NCBI GenBank assembly: GCA_963825865.1
Contig: CAWGVG010000005.1
Coordinates: 64,001-128,000, forward strand
Reading direction: 5' to 3'
From: an uncultured Nitrososphaeraceae archaeon
Lineage (GTDB): Archaea; Thermoproteota; Nitrososphaeria; Nitrososphaerales; Nitrososphaeraceae
Length of the DNA: 64,000 nucleotides
The position numbers and the translations under genes were made by a program. Position 1 is the stretch's first letter. Each line of letters begins with the position of its first letter. The notes beneath the pieces are model-generated. The model ran no database searches and was not told where the DNA came from. It saw only the letters and a program-made list of their open reading frames with translations. Shown here piece by piece: positions 32,147 to 43,143 of the stretch.

Positions 32147-33173
32147 TTGACGCGATACACTATTGCATTAATTACTGGCGATGGGATTGGTTCTGAATTA
32201 ACAAGTTCAGCAAAAACAATTCTGGAAACAATAAGTGATAATTCTACAACTAAATTTACAATAAATGAAGTCTGACGCAGGTGATAATGCACTTGTTAAA
32301 TTTGGTAAAGCACTTCCAGATTTTACTCTGATATAATTAAAAAGTCTGAAGCCTGTTTGAAGGGTCCTGTTGGTGAAAGCGCAGCGGATGTAATCATTGT
32401 TCTTGAGACGCATATTTGATCTTTATGTAAATATCAGACCAGCAAAATCCTATCCAAACGTTAAAAACCTCTCTGAGAATGTAGACCTTATAACAATAAG
32501 GGAAAATACCGAAGATATATACTTAGGTTGGGAATTCAATATTGATGAGAATACAGTCATAGCATTGAGGCTGACGTCAGAAAGGGCATCAAGGAGGGTT
32601 GCAGAATATGCATTTAAAACAGCTGTCATACGGAATACAAAGAGGAAGGTTGTAGCAGTTCATAAAGCCAATGTTTTACGGAAAGGCGACGGATTATTCT
32701 CGCAGACCTGTAGATCAGTTTCCCACAAATATCCCAATATACAATATAGCGAATTGTATGTTGATGCATGTGCTATGAATCTAATCCGTAATCCTGAAGA
32801 TTTCGATATTATTCTGACAACGAACCTTTTTGGCGACATTCTGTCTGATGAGGCAGCACAAGTGGTTGGTGGGTTAGGCATGGGTCCATCAGCCAATGTT
32901 GGAAATGATTTTGGATTATTTGAACCAGTTCATGGAGCTGCCTTTGATATCGCTGGAAAGAATATTGCAAATCCCTCATCGATTTTATTATCTACAAAAA
33001 TGATGCTCGAATGGTTGGCAGACAAGTATAATGATAATGATGCTTTCAAAGAGGGTCAGCGTATTGAAAATGTCATAACCAGTTTACTAAAACAAAACAA
33101 AAAAACAAAAGACATAGGCGGAAAACTTTCAACTACCGAGTTCACAAATTTGTTTGCTATTTCAATGTACTAG
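32147..33173 (+). CDS. leuB: 3-isopropylmalate dehydrogenase (frameshifts in the 5' part)
   Basis: ITGDGIG at N-terminus; IRENTED, NLFGDILSD, FEPVHGAAFDIAGK. Confidence 0.9.
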
Positions 33174-33371
33174 AAGTTATATTTTTATCTATCTTAATCG
33201 CAATTACTTTGATTCATATCTACAAACCCTATGATTTTTTTTCTGTGATGCAAAATAAATGTCAAAATAAAACTATTAATTCGTATTGTTTATGAATGTA
33301 ACTTGTATATTTTGACTCAGCTGGGTATTACTACTTATAGCCTAAATAGAAGCTAAAAGATATATGTAAAC

Positions 33372-33518
33372 ATGGTTAAGTTTGATGGAATAAAAGGTCA
33401 GGAACTGTTAGATGTAGAAGAAAACAAGGATGAAATTACATTAATCTTCAAAGACAATAGATTCCTTTTCGTCAAGGTCGATAATGGGAAATTAGTCTGT
33501 GATTCTGTCCCGGAATAA
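33372..33518 (+). CDS. Small hypothetical protein, 48 aa
   Basis: MVKFDGIKGQELLDVEENKDEITLIFKDNRFLFVKVDNGKLVCDSVPE. Confidence 0.65.
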   Translation: MVKFDGIKGQELLDVEENKDEITLIFKDNRFLFVKVDNGKLVCDSVPE

Positions 33519-33694
33519 ATATCATCCCTACTATTTGAAATATTTTTCCAATAACCTATAATAAACTGTCAATAAAATTTCAAGTTGATACTTAAATACT
33601 TTAATCGCCAAAGCGTAGCCTAGTCAAAAGAAAGAGATTTTCTTCCGAAAACTAAAGAATGACGAGGTAATGCTAATATCTGCTTGTTTTTTAA

Positions 33695-34052
33695 TTAATT
33701 TGAGATCTCTACGTAAATGCTTTTATCGTTCTCTATTATGCGGTATAAAATCAAATTATCTGACTTTCTCCATTCTAAAGTTTGCTCCATCCATGTTTCA
33801 TCTTTTTTCCATGACTTGATATGCTCTAACTTTCCAGTAAAAACATTGAACTCATAACCATGCATATAACAAATGATATTATCTTTACTGAATTCACCTT
33901 TTGAAAGTGATGCACCTCTATGTGGACAGGAATTATTGCATGCAAATAATCTTCCATTTCTTCTTCCTACAAGAACATCAGGTACGGTTAATTGTAAAAA
34001 TCAGCATAGAGTTATCGCATAGATCACTACTGTTGCAAACTCTATAAAGCAT
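33695..34052 (-). CDS. Rieske [2Fe-2S] ferredoxin (frameshifted)
   Basis: FACNNSCPHRGASLSKG..IICYMHGYEFNVFTG. Confidence 0.8.
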
Positions 34053-34362
34053 AGGTGAAAAAAGTGGCGGAAAACGTTTTATAAATATATAACGTTTCTA
34101 AAATACGGATTGGATCTTTAGGTCTTCTCTGCAAGAGACAAACTTATACTTTCGGAACAATTAAATGAGACATTCATAAGGTGATATTTTTCTCTTTTAA
34201 TCATATTTTAAATCATTTTTTACATAAAATAATATCGAATTAAAAGGTTGATAAATATTAACAGAAGGTAAGGATCAGCTAGAATAAAGACAATGACAAG
34301 AGGAAGAAAAGAGTAACCAAACTAAAATGTATGTGACATCCTTTACATTCTATAGATAATTA

Positions 34363-35670
34363 ATGTCTGTTAGATGTAATGATATTAAATCGGTTGATTA
34401 TATTGGAAAACAGGTTACAATCAGAGGTTGGATACACAGAATAAGAAGACAAAAGGAAAACACATTCATCATACTTCGTGATGACCGTGGCGGCGTGATT
34501 CAGACTATATTTCCTACTGAAAAAGCAGCTCATCTTACAATACAGTCATCTATTGAAATTACTGGCACATTAAGACTAGATCCGAGAGCTCCAGAAGGCG
34601 GTTATGAAATCAAGGGAAATGATTTAAAAACCTTTAATATTGCTGGAATTGACTTTCCCATAGGCAAATATCAGAGCGCTGAACTATTGTTGGACAAAAG
34701 ACATCTTACTGTGAGAAGTCGGCGAATGATTGCAATAGCAAAGATCCGGGCTTCAATTATAAAATTTGCTCGTGAATGGTTTATAAAAAATGATTGGATT
34801 GAAGTAACTGCTCCTATTATCGTTAAAGGTGCAGTTGAAGGCGGTTCTACACTTTTCAAACTTAAATATTTTGATGAAGAGGCATATCTTTCACAAAGCG
34901 CACAACTATACCTTGAAGCAATGATCTTTTGTTTAGGACCGGTTTGGAGTATTACGCCGTCATTTAGAGCAGAAAAATCTAGAACTGTTCGCCATCTCGC
35001 GGAATTTTCACATCTTGAAGCCGAAGCTCCATGGGTTAATCTGGAAGATATATTGGTAGTGCAAGAACAATTAATTTCACATATTGTTCAAAATACGATC
35101 AATGAAAGAGCGGAGGAACTCGATTTGTTAAAAAGGGATGTTACTGACTTAAAAATGGTAGAAGCACCATTCGACAGGATTTCATACAAAAAAGCAATTG
35201 AACTTCTGCAATCTAAAGGATTTATGATAATAGAAGAAGATGGAAGCAAGCATAGTATCAAATGGGGCGATGACCTCAATATTGATTCGGAACGCGAACT
35301 TACAAAAAATGCTACCAAGCCTATTTTTGTAGTTGGTTATCCAATTGAAGTGAAGCCGTTCTACGTCAAAGAAGACTGTAGTAGTATGGGATTAGGACTT
35401 GCTGCTGATATGCTTGCTCCAAAAGGGTTTGGAGAAATTACCAGCGGAGGATTGAGAGAAGACAATATTGCATTACTTACAAAAAGAATAGAAAAAGAAG
35501 GACTGAATCCAACTACATATGAATGGTATTTAGATCTCAGAAAATATGGTTCTGTTCCACACGGCGGCTTTGGATTGGGAATTGAGCGTTTGATAAGATG
35601 GATTACAAATGTAGTAGATATCAAAGACACGGTCCTGTTTCCAAGAACCATTTCACGAGTTACACCATAA
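34363..35670 (+). CDS. asnS: Asparagine--tRNA ligase
   Basis: OB fold RGWIHR; LSQSAQLYLE, FRAEKSRT.RHL.EF, PHGGFGLGIER. Confidence 0.9.
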   Translation: MSVRCNDIKSVDYIGKQVTIRGWIHRIRRQKENTFIILRDDRGGVIQTIFPTEKAAHLTIQSSIEITGTLRLDPRAPEGGYEIKGNDLKTFNIAGIDFPIGKYQSAELLLDKRHLTVRSRRMIAIAKIRASIIKFAREWFIKNDWIEVTAPIIVKGAVEGGSTLFKLKYFDEEAYLSQSAQLYLEAMIFCLGPVWSITPSFRAEKSRTVRHLAEFSHLEAEAPWVNLEDILVVQEQLISHIVQNTINERAEELDLLKRDVTDLKMVEAPFDRISYKKAIELLQSKGFMIIEEDGSKHSIKWGDDLNIDSERELTKNATKPIFVVGYPIEVKPFYVKEDCSSMGLGLAADMLAPKGFGEITSGGLREDNIALLTKRIEKEGLNPTTYEWYLDLRKYGSVPHGGFGLGIERLIRWITNVVDIKDTVLFPRTISRVTP

Positions 35671-35949
35671 TTATTTGAGAATGAACAAAATTTAATAAAA
35701 TAATGTGATAATTATGCCGATGTTTATAGCTCGGATAAAATTAGAAGTATATATAAAATCTCCATTTAGATATAAGTATCATGAAACTCAATTAGATTTT
35801 TACTGAAATTGTGGTATTTCCAGTATCCCGGATGGAATCTTATCATAAAGATTGATCTCGTATTGAATTTCATATCAACGCATCATACTCAAATATTTGT
35901 AAAGCACAATGATTAAGAATTTAAGGTACCAAAAATAACAAGTTACTGG

Positions 35950-36200
35950 ATGGTTCAAATCCTATATCAAAACCTGGACAACTCTGATTCTAACTTTTAC
36001 TATATAGGCATACCAAAGGACTGGAATGGTGCCAACGACAATGAAGTAACTGTAATCGTAGACGATATTTGTGTTGTCGTTCCACAAACAATTGCGGGAG
36101 CAACTGGAGAACTAATAGTTTTAAGGCTCTCGAGGCAATGATGGCAGGGAACATAATTGATGCGGGAGATATACAAAAGGCAATAGAACACATTCTATAG
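35950..36200 (+). CDS. Small AbrB/SpoVT-like protein (probable frameshift near 36125)
   Basis: FYYIGIPKDW..VTVIVDDICVVVP; continues EAMMAGNIIDAGDIQKAIEHIL in a shifted frame. Confidence 0.4.
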
Positions 36201-36576
36201 AATGCGATCATGTTTTGTAGTGACACAGGTAGTCTACAAAAAGCAATACTTGTGACTGGCGTAACAGATTAAGCTGTTTCAGGATAATTAATTAGATCTC
36301 TTGATACGCACATTTACGTGTCTGAAATTAGTTGTAATGTTTAGCATTGTTCAAATTTAAACACGATAGCAGCAGATAATTCGAAAGCTTCACTTTCATC
36401 GGTATTGGATCTGTTTTCTTAATGTATACGATACTACCCTTCTAGATACGAGTCAAAATTTCTCGATCTCGTATTGAATTAACTTTGTGTTTAATAATAT
36501 ATGTATTTTATTTTCAACGCAACATATGATCTATCACATCATGTTTTTATATTTCACGCTTCAATAATGTCTTGTT

Positions 36577-36807
36577 ATGCCAAAAGCCTTTGTATTGATG
36601 AATGCTGAGCTAGGAAGTGAAGATTCAATTGTTAGTGAACTGAAAAAACTCGAGGGTGTAAACGTGGTCTATCAAGTTTATGGAGTTTATGATATAGTAG
36701 CTCAGGTTGAAGCAGACACGATGGAAAAGGTCAAAGAAACAATTACTTGGAAGCTAAGAAAACTAAATGGCGTCAAATCGACCCTTACCATGATCGTTAT
36801 GGAATAA
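36577..36807 (+). CDS. Lrp/AsnC ligand-binding domain protein
   Basis: MPKAFVLMN..VYGVYDIVAQV..STLTMIV. Confidence 0.92.
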   Translation: MPKAFVLMNAELGSEDSIVSELKKLEGVNVVYQVYGVYDIVAQVEADTMEKVKETITWKLRKLNGVKSTLTMIVME

Positions 36808-37291
36808 GTAGTTCTGCCAATGGTGAAGATTTTTTGTATTTGTTTTTATATTTAAACTATTTCTATATGTTTTTTTGACTATGCTCATCAGGCTTGTTTA
36901 TTCCAGAATTTTTTGGGAAGGATAAAAGATGCATTAGTCACTATCAGCAGAGTCAGATATCATCATAAAAATCAAGCAAATAGATTGAAACATGTTTTCT
37001 AACAATATTGACTTATTGTGAGCGGGAGAGGTCATTTAAGAGAAAATATAATAAAAGCAAGGACTTGTATTTTGAAACTCAAATAGTGCTAATCCGGTAG
37101 TTGGTTAGTAAAACGCAAAGTTCATTATAAAGATTTTTTGTAAGAATAGTTGGGTCATTAGTTGACGGATTTTCGATGATATATTCACCATTCGATTGAT
37201 TCTATTCTAATATCCGGGGTATTATACCATCATTCAATATATTGATCGCAACTTTAATGAATGCGACGCTGATAATTGATAATGCTTCAAC

Positions 37292-37456
37292 ATGGATCTA
37301 TTTAAGAGAAGAGAAAAAGCAGAGCAAGGAACTTACAAATGCAAGTACTGCGCCATGAAGTTTGAACATATAGAGACATTGAAAAGACATGCAAAAAAGG
37401 CGCACGGTGATAAAAGTGATGATATCCCCAATGTAAATCCTTTTGGCGGTTTTTAG
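37292..37456 (+). CDS. C2H2 zinc-finger microprotein, 54 aa
   Basis: YKCKYCAMKFEHIETLKRHAKKAH. Confidence 0.75.
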   Translation: MDLFKRREKAEQGTYKCKYCAMKFEHIETLKRHAKKAHGDKSDDIPNVNPFGGF

Positions 37457-37505
37457 AGTATATAAGCCTTATTTAAGATGTTTTTACCAGATAGAAATAA
37501 ATAAT

Positions 37506-38486
37506 ATGTTTCCCATTCATGATGACACAGAGCGTATCCACGGCAGACCATATGTAAACTATAGTTTGATCGCAATTAACGCTATAGTGTTCGTGTGGGA
37601 GATAATAGTGACGGGCTTTTTCACAAACACACAAGCAAAAGAGGCAATTTTTTACACATATGGCGTGATTCCAAAATTCCTTCTAGCCGGCTATCTGCCA
37701 TCCGTTTTAACTTCGATGTTTATACACGGGAGTTTAGCTCACATTGTGGGAAACATGGTATTTTTGTTCGTATTTGGAGACAACATTGAAGATAGATTTG
37801 GACGCATTAAATATATCCTAATTTATATTGCATGGGGAATGGTGGCTGCTTTTGTACACAGTGTCTATGCAGTTAGTGCTGGAGCTGGTGAAATTCCTGC
37901 AGTGGGAGCATCAGGAGCTATTTCCGGAGTTTTAGGGGCATATCTGGTTATATTTCCTAGAGCAAAGATTTTCACGGTGATAATAGCTTTTTTTATAACA
38001 ACTGTCCGTATACCTGCATTAGCCTACATCCCGTTTTGGTTTGTTTTACAAGTTATCTTTGCACTAATAGGCCCATCTGGTGGTGGAGTTGCTTACCTTG
38101 CGCATATAGGTGGATTTGTTGCGGGTATGGGAAGTGGATATGTGTGGAAGTTTTTATTAGGACGAAATATATTAAAGCTACCAGTTACAACGAAAAATCA
38201 GACAGTCCGAAAAGAAAGACCAAGAATAGAAGACGCCGCTCCTCAAGTTGCCCCAGAAGTTATCGAGGGTCCAGATTTCTATGAGATCATCGCTGAAATG
38301 CGTGGGATATCTAATGCATCACATATTCATGCTAATTATGAGTCAGATACTAGAATCGTACGAATAACTGCGACTGGATCAAGGAAATATGAGATGACGG
38401 CAAAACTACCAGATACCGCTATCAGTCCAACAATCGAATATATTCATTACCTAAACGGGATCGCAAGAATCCGTTTAGTGAAATAA
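37506..38486 (+). CDS. Rhomboid-family intramembrane serine protease
   Basis: MFIHG..HIVGNM, GASGAISG, VAYLAHIGG. Confidence 0.93.
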   Translation: MFPIHDDTERIHGRPYVNYSLIAINAIVFVWEIIVTGFFTNTQAKEAIFYTYGVIPKFLLAGYLPSVLTSMFIHGSLAHIVGNMVFLFVFGDNIEDRFGRIKYILIYIAWGMVAAFVHSVYAVSAGAGEIPAVGASGAISGVLGAYLVIFPRAKIFTVIIAFFITTVRIPALAYIPFWFVLQVIFALIGPSGGGVAYLAHIGGFVAGMGSGYVWKFLLGRNILKLPVTTKNQTVRKERPRIEDAAPQVAPEVIEGPDFYEIIAEMRGISNASHIHANYESDTRIVRITATGSRKYEMTAKLPDTAISPTIEYIHYLNGIARIRLVK

Positions 38487-38668
38487 TTCATAGTTTATAT
38501 TAATTTTCAGTTACAAATTCATCCTCTCTATAACCAGCAGATGTCTTTAGCTGTTAATATATCTGTATTTTATGCATGCAAGAACAGAGCACGAATATTT
38601 CAGGATCAGACCACTCATGAAAGAAGCAAGACAAAAGTTTATAGATATCTTCAAACTCTTCTCCTACT

Positions 38669-39283
38669 ATGGCGCAGCAAACCCCTCCAAAAAAAGGGGG
38701 TAAGGTATCGCGGCGTGATTTTCTAAAGCTAATGGCAGCTGCGGGTACTGTTATAACGTTTGTACCATTTGTAGATTGGGGCAAATTTTTACCCAATCCG
38801 TCAGGTAAAGTAGCAGAAAAAGCCAAGGTTGAGCTCCCAGATGGCACTCAGGCTAATGTTAAAACTTTTCAAGTTAATCATTCTGAATCGGTTATATATC
38901 CAAAAACTGATGATTCTGTATTAAATAAAGAATCGTTTAGAATCTGGCAATTTATAAGATTGCCAGAGGAGCTCGGTGGAACCAAAAATGACGTATCAGC
39001 TTTTAGAATGTATAGCATGGTATGTCTGCATCTTTGGTGTCTATGGAAGTATTGGCCTGATCCAGGAAGAAAAAGAGGGGAATGTCCGTGTCATGGCAGT
39101 ATGTATGATCCTCTCACAGGGAAAGCATTTGCTGGACCAGCATCATTACAAGCTCCTCCGTCCAATGTTCTTCCAAGCCTGGATCTTGAAAGTGACGCTA
39201 ATGGGAATATATGGGTGAAACCTCCTAATTGGAGTCCAAATGGGAATGGGATAGTAGGATTTGGTCGCTTCCTTAGAACGTGA
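38669..39283 (+). CDS. petC: Complex III Rieske Fe-S subunit (Tat-exported)
   Basis: SRRDFLK; CLHLWC, CPCHGS. Confidence 0.9.
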   Translation: MAQQTPPKKGGKVSRRDFLKLMAAAGTVITFVPFVDWGKFLPNPSGKVAEKAKVELPDGTQANVKTFQVNHSESVIYPKTDDSVLNKESFRIWQFIRLPEELGGTKNDVSAFRMYSMVCLHLWCLWKYWPDPGRKRGECPCHGSMYDPLTGKAFAGPASLQAPPSNVLPSLDLESDANGNIWVKPPNWSPNGNGIVGFGRFLRT

Positions 39284-40870
39284 AAATAGTCTAGTAATAT
39301 TCCTTAAATGGATTTACGCTGGCGTAGAGCGAACTATATTCATGGGATTGAAATTTACGCTCCCTGGAAGATTCGTTAGCCCCCTCGGTTTCCTTGGTAT
39401 GCTTACTTTTGTCTTATTCATTATCCTGGGCATTACTGGTGCATTGTTGATGCTTTTTTACGAACCAGAGCTGGATAGGGCGTGGAAAAGTGTTCAGACT
39501 ATCAACGACGTAATTCCATATGGATTCCACATACGTAATATACACTACCATGCATCCAACGCAATGGTAATGTTGGCGCTCCTTCATATGTATTATCAGT
39601 ATTTTAGTGGAAGATACAAGATTAGGAATGAAATTCTCTGGGTAACAGGATTCTTCTAGGCGTACTTACAATTCTGGAAGCATTTACTGGATATGATATT
39701 ATATTTAGTGAACGTGCAGAACTTGCCATTTCTATTGCCGCTTCGTTGACCAACTCCATACCCATCCTAGGTCCACAGATGAGAGAGGCATTCTTTGGTG
39801 GAGGATTCCATGATTTCGTGTTACGATTCTATGCTTTCCATGTGTTCTTCCTTCCAATTTTCTTGCTGGGATTAATGGTTGTCCATTTCCCAAGATTCCT
39901 TGTATTTGATGTACCAATGGTTATGGCAATTTCAGGTGCAGTCATGTTAACTGGTGGTGTGTTCCCTGTAGATCTTGGGACAAGGTTCGATCCTGCCACA
40001 CCACCTGGTATCACTGTGCCCGAATGGTATCTAACAGGACTCTATGCCTTTCTACGTACACAATGTACGACAAGTTTGTAACAGGTGTCGCATGGCCTGG
40101 TCTTTTCATATTTGCGTTATTCAGTATGTCCTTTTGTAGACAGATACAAAAAATTCTCGTGGAAGGATAGACCAATAATTACTGCTGTTGGCATAACAAG
40201 CATTGCCCAAATTATGGTTACAACTTATTGGGGATTTTATATCGATCCCGATATTAAAAAGGCTTTATTGGAAAGATTAGTAATTGATCCCATATTCTTC
40301 TATCTTATAATGCTGCTGCTAGTGCCGCTTTCTTTTGGGTTTACATACATGATGATAAAGCTTGCCAAGAACGCAGAGGCAAATGCTAAACTCCAGCCAA
40401 AGAAACCAAGTGGTAAGAGTTCAATCAATCTTACCCAAAGATGGACTTACATAATATTTGTGGCATTGCTAGCATTTCAAATATATCTAAATATTTCGGC
40501 GTATTATGCTGTCCTTAACGGGATGAAGAACTTCTCACTGTTTGTAATTGGTATCATAATGCTAGTATTTGCTGGAATGTTTCACATTTACAGGCATGCT
40601 AGAACAATGGCAAGGGCGCCGCCGCCACAACCCCCATCGAGACCCCCAACTCCACCAATGGCCGCCAAACCTACACCTGTTGCTGTCGAAAAGCCAATGG
40701 CTCCTCCTCAGCCTGTACAAACACAAAAGGCAACTGGAACTCAGTATGCTGGCCAGACATCTCAATCAAAACCAAGCAGTATGAGTCAAGATACGAGCTT
40801 CTCCAAGTGGAACAAAAGGGATGAACACACAGAATATTCCTTCTGCAACACAAGGTACAGAAACGCATGA
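39261..40870 (+). CDS. petB: Cytochrome b/b6 of complex III (split by frameshifts)
   Basis: RNIHYHASN, LLHM, RFYAFHV, PEWY. Confidence 0.9.
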
Positions 40871-41002
40871 CAAAGATACCAACATCCGCGATCAGTCAAA
40901 AAAGGTCCAATAATATACAGTATAGCTAAAATGAGATATCATTAACAAATAAACTTTATATGTGAAAAATAAACGACATATCACAAAGGACGATCATAAT
41001 CT

Positions 41003-41464
41003 ATGGAAAATCATGCTGCAGGTATTAGTATCATCACATTTGTGATTGCTGTAGCTACAAGTATGGGATACTATCAGTTTGTGTATATTCCCCAAGCGAA
41101 TGCGAAACCTCAACTTCCTTCAGAAGTATTGAATCCACCACAAACCACAAACGTTATAATAATATATGGTTCCTCCTCTCCCTCACAGACTAAGAACTTT
41201 ACTCCCAAGGAAGTCGGTGGCGCCTTAGGCCTCTCAAACAAGGTCATATGGAAAAATAATGATGCAGTTGCTCATTCTGTTACATCAGATACAGACTTCA
41301 AGGATAAAGTTAACGGTCCGTTTAACTCCATTGCTAAAACAGGTTTGATTCCACCACAACAGACATTTGAGTTCACGTTCACAGCTGAGGGTGAATATCA
41401 TTACCATTGTGAACCACATCCTTGGATGCAGGCAGTGGTTAAAATTGAAAAGGCAAAGTTTTAA
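41003..41464 (+). CDS. Plastocyanin-like blue copper protein
   Basis: AHSVTS; YHCEPHPWM type-1 Cu ligands. Confidence 0.92.
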   Translation: MENHAAGISIITFVIAVATSMGYYQFVYIPQANAKPQLPSEVLNPPQTTNVIIIYGSSSPSQTKNFTPKEVGGALGLSNKVIWKNNDAVAHSVTSDTDFKDKVNGPFNSIAKTGLIPPQQTFEFTFTAEGEYHYHCEPHPWMQAVVKIEKAKF

Positions 41465-41513
41465 CCAGTGAAGTAAAAATCCGCTGAGCTACAAATGGAT
41501 GGTGTGCAGAGCT

Positions 41514-41870
41514 CTATTTTATTATTTTTATATAAGTGACGTCACTTGCAATTTCTTTGTGTTCCTGTATGATTGTTACACGGAATTTTGTATTCGAGAA
41601 TTTACTTGCAGGAACGTGTTTTGTAGTAGCAATAAATTCCAACATCTTCCTTGTCCCTATATCGTCTTTGAATATAGAAAGTCTTGCATAAGGACAGTTG
41701 ATCTTTTTTCCGTTCAGGTCAGTGTAATTGAAAATATCATTTGAATTTTCTATCTGTGAATTAATTACTATGCTATCAAACCTCCCACTATACTTAATAT
41801 CTATCATGCCATGAATATCCTGACCAGGAGACATTTCCTTTTCTACCATAGTGATTAAAACATCTTTCAT
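41514..41870 (-). CDS. Hypothetical protein
   Basis: 118-aa beta-rich ORF. Confidence 0.65.
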   Translation of the reverse strand: MKDVLITMVEKEMSPGQDIHGMIDIKYSGRFDSIVINSQIENSNDIFNYTDLNGKKINCPYARLSIFKDDIGTRKMLEFIATTKHVPASKFSNTKFRVTIIQEHKEIASDVTYIKIIK

Positions 41871-42069
41871 TTAAAATAATAACACTTAATTATAACATAA
41901 TAATGTATATGCATATATATATAAATAGAGAGTGCACTAATAATAAAGCAGTTTTTATAGATATCGTATAATTTATCTATAGTACATATAAGGTAAATGC
42001 TTATTGAATAAAATTAAATAAAATTAAATAGCATCGATTAAATTAACATATTAAATATCATTATAGTTA

Positions 42070-42909
42070 TTGTCTAATTTTTTTGATCAAGCTATTCCCC
42101 AACGGATGACTTATGTCAACAGTTATGGGATAAGGTATCTCGACTATGATTATATCTCCCATCAATCAGATGACTATAAATTTCTGATCCTTTTACATGG
42201 ACTTGGAGCCTCCGCTGAAAGATGGTTGCCTATAGCTCCAACTTTATCCAAGTACTTCAGAGTAATTGTTCCTGATATTATTGGTTTTGGATATAGTGAT
42301 AAACCTACTGTAGAATATACGATGGATTTTTTTATCGAGTTCTTTGAAGAATTTATAGACAATGTACATATTCATAGACCGATTATAATTGGCTCATCGT
42401 TTGGAGGCTACTTAGCAACAGAATACGCAATCAGATTCAATAGTAGAGTAGAAAAATTAGTTTTAGCTGCTCCAGCAGGAATGATGCGATCTTCAACTAA
42501 TGTTCTTGATCAATATATCATGGCTGCATTATACCCGACCTATGAAAATGCTCTTAGAGCTTTTATGGATATGGCATATGACCCTAGCATAGTTACAGAA
42601 GATACCGTTAGAGATTTTATAAACAGAATGAGACTCCCAAATGCAAAGTATGCATTTATGTCTACGTTGTTAGGAATCAGAGACTCACCAAGACTTCTTG
42701 GCAGGCTATCAAAAATCCTAGCCCCAACTTTACTAATATGGGGAGATAATGATAATATGATACCATTACAATACTCAAAAGAGTATAATGAAATCCCAGG
42801 TAGTAGCCTTGTAATATTAAAGGATTGTGGACATACTCCATTTATTGAAAGGCCAATCACATTCAGTCAAACTATTTTAAAATTTCTTGATGAACAGCAA
42901 AACACATAG
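42070..42909 (+). CDS. Alpha/beta hydrolase
   Basis: LLHGLG, GSSFGG, WGDND, CGH. Confidence 0.92.
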   Translation: MSNFFDQAIPQRMTYVNSYGIRYLDYDYISHQSDDYKFLILLHGLGASAERWLPIAPTLSKYFRVIVPDIIGFGYSDKPTVEYTMDFFIEFFEEFIDNVHIHRPIIIGSSFGGYLATEYAIRFNSRVEKLVLAAPAGMMRSSTNVLDQYIMAALYPTYENALRAFMDMAYDPSIVTEDTVRDFINRMRLPNAKYAFMSTLLGIRDSPRLLGRLSKILAPTLLIWGDNDNMIPLQYSKEYNEIPGSSLVILKDCGHTPFIERPITFSQTILKFLDEQQNT

Positions 42910-43143
42910 ATCGATGTATGTCAAATGGAATTTTCCATATTTATTTTATCAGATTCTATCAATTCTTTGAGCATCAAAAAGCTTTTATACTCATTTTCTG
43001 CAACTTTGGTCGTCGATAATACCACAACAAGACTTCTCTCGTATCATGGACTCGCTTTATTGTTTCTTCACATCTTCTTTATCCATATGTAGAACATTTG
43101 TACTCTGAAATGACTGGATGTCAAAAACATGTTCATTTACTTA

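Noticed and set aside
39600-40100. Programmed frameshifting or a naturally split cytochrome b
   Set aside because: No consistent slippery motif; similar breaks occur throughout the window, so error is more likely
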